This document shows, one piece after another, positions 37,100-39,624 of a stretch of 39,624 bases of DNA (its first letter is position 1; each line of letters begins with the position of its first letter). The translations under genes were made by a program, and so were the position numbers. A model generated the notes under the pieces. It did no database searches, had not been told where the DNA came from, and saw nothing but the letters and a program-made list of their open reading frames with translations. Origin of the DNA: Bigelowiella natans CCMP2755 (taxonomy: Eukaryota > Protista > Cercozoa); the NCBI GenBank assembly GCA_000320545.1, contig ADNK01000338.1, positions 1-39,624 on the forward strand. The letters are read 5' to 3'.

Positions 37100-38150
37100 G
37101 CACAGCAATGATGATGCTGGAACAGCCCAGCTCTAGCTAGCTGTCATAGAAATGACGCATGCCCATCCAGCCATGATCATATATATTATTATATATGCTA
37201 TTACTATGTCTATTATGAGATAGACACGTAATATCATATATATATTATATATGCTCACGAATGATTGACAGATTTCCAGTCTCACCTGGTCCCAATTGAA
37301 TCAATGAATGATCACTTTTTGCTTCAGTTAGCCACTGTGGGACGCTGCTTGGCTAGTTGTGATGCTCACCGCAGACCGCCCACAGGGTGCTCCAGTGCTG
37401 ACAGCTGACAGCCTGGCAATGCACTGACAAGACATCGCAATGATTTTTGTCATTGAGGCGCTGCTGCACGCACACACACCTAGACATGCGGGCATGCTAG
37501 CATGCTTGTTTCCCATGTAGCTCTTGCGGAACAATGATCGGATGTCAATGACACTGCCTCTGGAACTGCTAGACTGGTGTGGCAGCGAGCCAGCTAGCCA
37601 GGCTAGCAGGCGAAAGCATTCTGTCCAAGCTAGCAAGCACACCAGCACACTCTAGCACTGCTAGACTGGCACAACACCTGTGTCTCATCATGCTGAGATC
37701 GCGCGTGCATGCATGTGGGCTCATCTTGCTAGCTTGTCATGCTAACATGCGTTGCTGCTGAATTCTTCCAGTCTAGCTAGCTAGCAGTGCGTCGTGTCGC
37801 GATGATCCCAGCATTGCACATTGCTAGATTGGCTTGGTCTGCACATAGCTCATGCATGCATGACCACGAGCTGGCGAGACTTTGTGTGACATGAGACGAC
37901 GTGCATACACATTGCATGTTGTTGACGTGCAATGCTCTGAATGCACAGCGATCGATCGTCGTTGCAAATGCCACGTGCATGGATGCGCAGCTCTAGAGCT
38001 AGACAGGCACATCCATCTGCGCTAGAGCGTGCTAGCGTGTGCGCGCTCATGCATCGCTAGATCGGTTGCATGCTAGCATGCCATTCAGCATGCGAGACAT
38101 TGTCTAGCTTGCTAGGCAAATGTCTTGTAGGACGCACACATTTTAGTATC
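37100..38150. other. Palindrome-rich tail-to-tail spacer 3 (MON2 / acyl-CoA dehydrogenase)
   Basis: About 21 CTAG and 19 CATG within 37480-38115 by manual count; GCATGCTAGCATGC at 37492-37505 and 38068-38081; CTAGCTAGCTAG at 37773-37784; ATCGATCGTCG at 37951-37961. Confidence 0.8.
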
Positions 38151-38313
38151 GTAGATGAATCTAACTAGAAATGTTAATTTTAAGACCATCGTCCCATCTT
38201 TATGATCTGCATGAACGCATCCATTATGTCTGCTGATGATGGTCTGCAGCGTGCTTTGGAACAACGACCAGGTGTACAACGTCAAACGATGCGATGCGAG
38301 AGAAAGATACCAA

Positions 38314-38574
38314 TCAGAGCTTGCTTCTAAGCTTCTTAGCCTTGGCAAAAGTGCTCCGCATTGCGAAATCCAAGAGAATCTGCAGGACACGTCGCCGGCA
38401 TTATTAGACATTAAGGACGAAAATTAGCCGGCATTTATAAGTTCGTAGAAATAAGAAGTTTTGCTGTGGAAACTATACATGCAATTTCTTGCACTCTCAA
38501 CATTCACCAGTGTCGATGTTCCTTACTAAGCAGTCACAATGCATACGATTATCTATCTTTAGCGACAGCATCGC

Positions 38575-38608
<34 letters not shown>

Positions 38609-38863
38609 GTTATCATTATCGTCATCGTCATTGTTCACACCTCTTCGGAACCACCAGGAATAGCACTTGAACGAACCTTACATCACATAAATCCACACAT
38701 TCAGTTTTGTTTTTGGTACAAGCGTGTGCAATGTAAAGAAAAAGTGGCTTGGCGTACTTCTCGTGAGAGTCTTTCGACAACAGCACCCCGCCCCTCCCTC
38801 ACGATGCTTGATCCACCAAAAACCTACGCAAACACGGGAGAGAAGTACCTCACTGAAACTATT

Positions 38864-38906
<43 letters not shown>

Positions 38907-39435
38907 TGCACGATGCAGGACAGACAAAGAGAAACTACGTATACATAGTATACATTGCCTCCCCTGTGTCTCTTACTGGGAATCATCAGAAACAAAACAA
39001 CACAAATTGTCGGGCTTGTGAGCTTATTTTTTTCTACTCTCGAATGTGAAGTCCTAGCCGGCCATGCTTTCATGATAAAACCACCAATCGTATATTTCCA
39101 AGAAATTCAAAGCCGAGCTTAAAAACATCTCAGGCACAGTTTTTCCCTTTTCGTTGTTGAGTGAAGTTTGGGCGCGAAGTCCTACAAAGAACTGATTTTT
39201 AAGATGGACCCGTCATCACCTGTGACGCCTCGCGTGAGCAAAACTCAAACGTCCTACTTGCTTGAACCTTCGCAAAAACATAGAGAGGCAATTCTCATCT
39301 CTCATCATTCACATGTCAGATAGTTGATTAACTTCGCTTTGATTTCTTTCTCTAAATTGGGGCGCATATGCATGCCTACTGTGACCGCAACCTTCAGTAG
39401 AGCGCAAGCTTCCCCCATCTTGCTGTCGTCGACGC
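38314..39435 (-). CDS. Acyl-CoA dehydrogenase family protein, C-terminal exons (5' part off-window)
   Basis: Exons 39435-39392, 39267-39220, 38823-38758, 38676-38641 and 38379-38314 splice to GVDDSKMGEACALLKVQASRTFEFCSREASQVFGGSSIVREGRGAVVERLSREVRSSAIPGGSEEILLDFAMR...TGA. The QxFGG and IxGGSEEI motifs are typical of the ACAD C-terminus. Confidence 0.9.
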
Positions 39436-39491
39436 CTGGTGGTGTGTGAATGGATACCGATGTGCACGTGTGCGTTTGTGTAGGTGTAAAC

Positions 39492-39536
<45 letters not shown>

Positions 39537-39624
39537 TGTGTGTTTGGCGCGCATGCAATCATCATAATACGTGATATTTACCTCAACTGCCGCAACTAGT
39601 ATTACGACTACGACTACTACTAAT

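Noticed and set aside
38112-38427. ORFs 38112-38411 (-) and 38236-38427 (+)
   Set aside because: They overlap the last ACAD exon in other frames and its 3' UTR.
78-39565. Many ORFs with RERE, HTHT, YIYI, CVCV, poly-D/M/I/S runs
   Set aside because: Translations of intronic microsatellites or off-frame exon overlaps.
1-39624. tRNA, rRNA, CRISPR arrays, reverse transcriptase or transposase ORFs
   Set aside because: None recognisable; small ncRNAs cannot be excluded without covariance-model searches.

Overview
Eukaryotic nuclear DNA with dense GT-AG introns and microsatellites. It most likely comes from an alga with a secondary green plastid (chlorarachniophyte-like), judged from a nuclear plastid rpl18 with a bipartite signal-plus-transit leader. 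Manual splicing gives seven genes in strictly alternating orientation: SF1/BBP (-, 3' end off-window), tepsin (+, with an extra SH3b-like exon), an intronless secreted vanin/biotinidase-like CN hydrolase (-), an intronless secreted bacterial-type alpha/beta hydrolase (+), intronless plastid rpl18 (-), MON2 (+, about 23 kb and roughly 80 exons) and the 3' end of an acyl-CoA dehydrogenase (-). The strongest unexplained signal is that all three tail-to-tail intergenic spacers (about 7.25-8.4, 10.6-11.75 and 37.1-38.15 kb) form a distinct DNA class. They are rich in short palindromes (CTAG, CATG, TGCA, ATCGAT), poor in CC, and share identical longer palindromes; the head-to-head spacers and introns do not look like this. 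Exon calls and homologies come from reading the sequence against remembered family motifs; no database search was run. Counts are manual and approximate.
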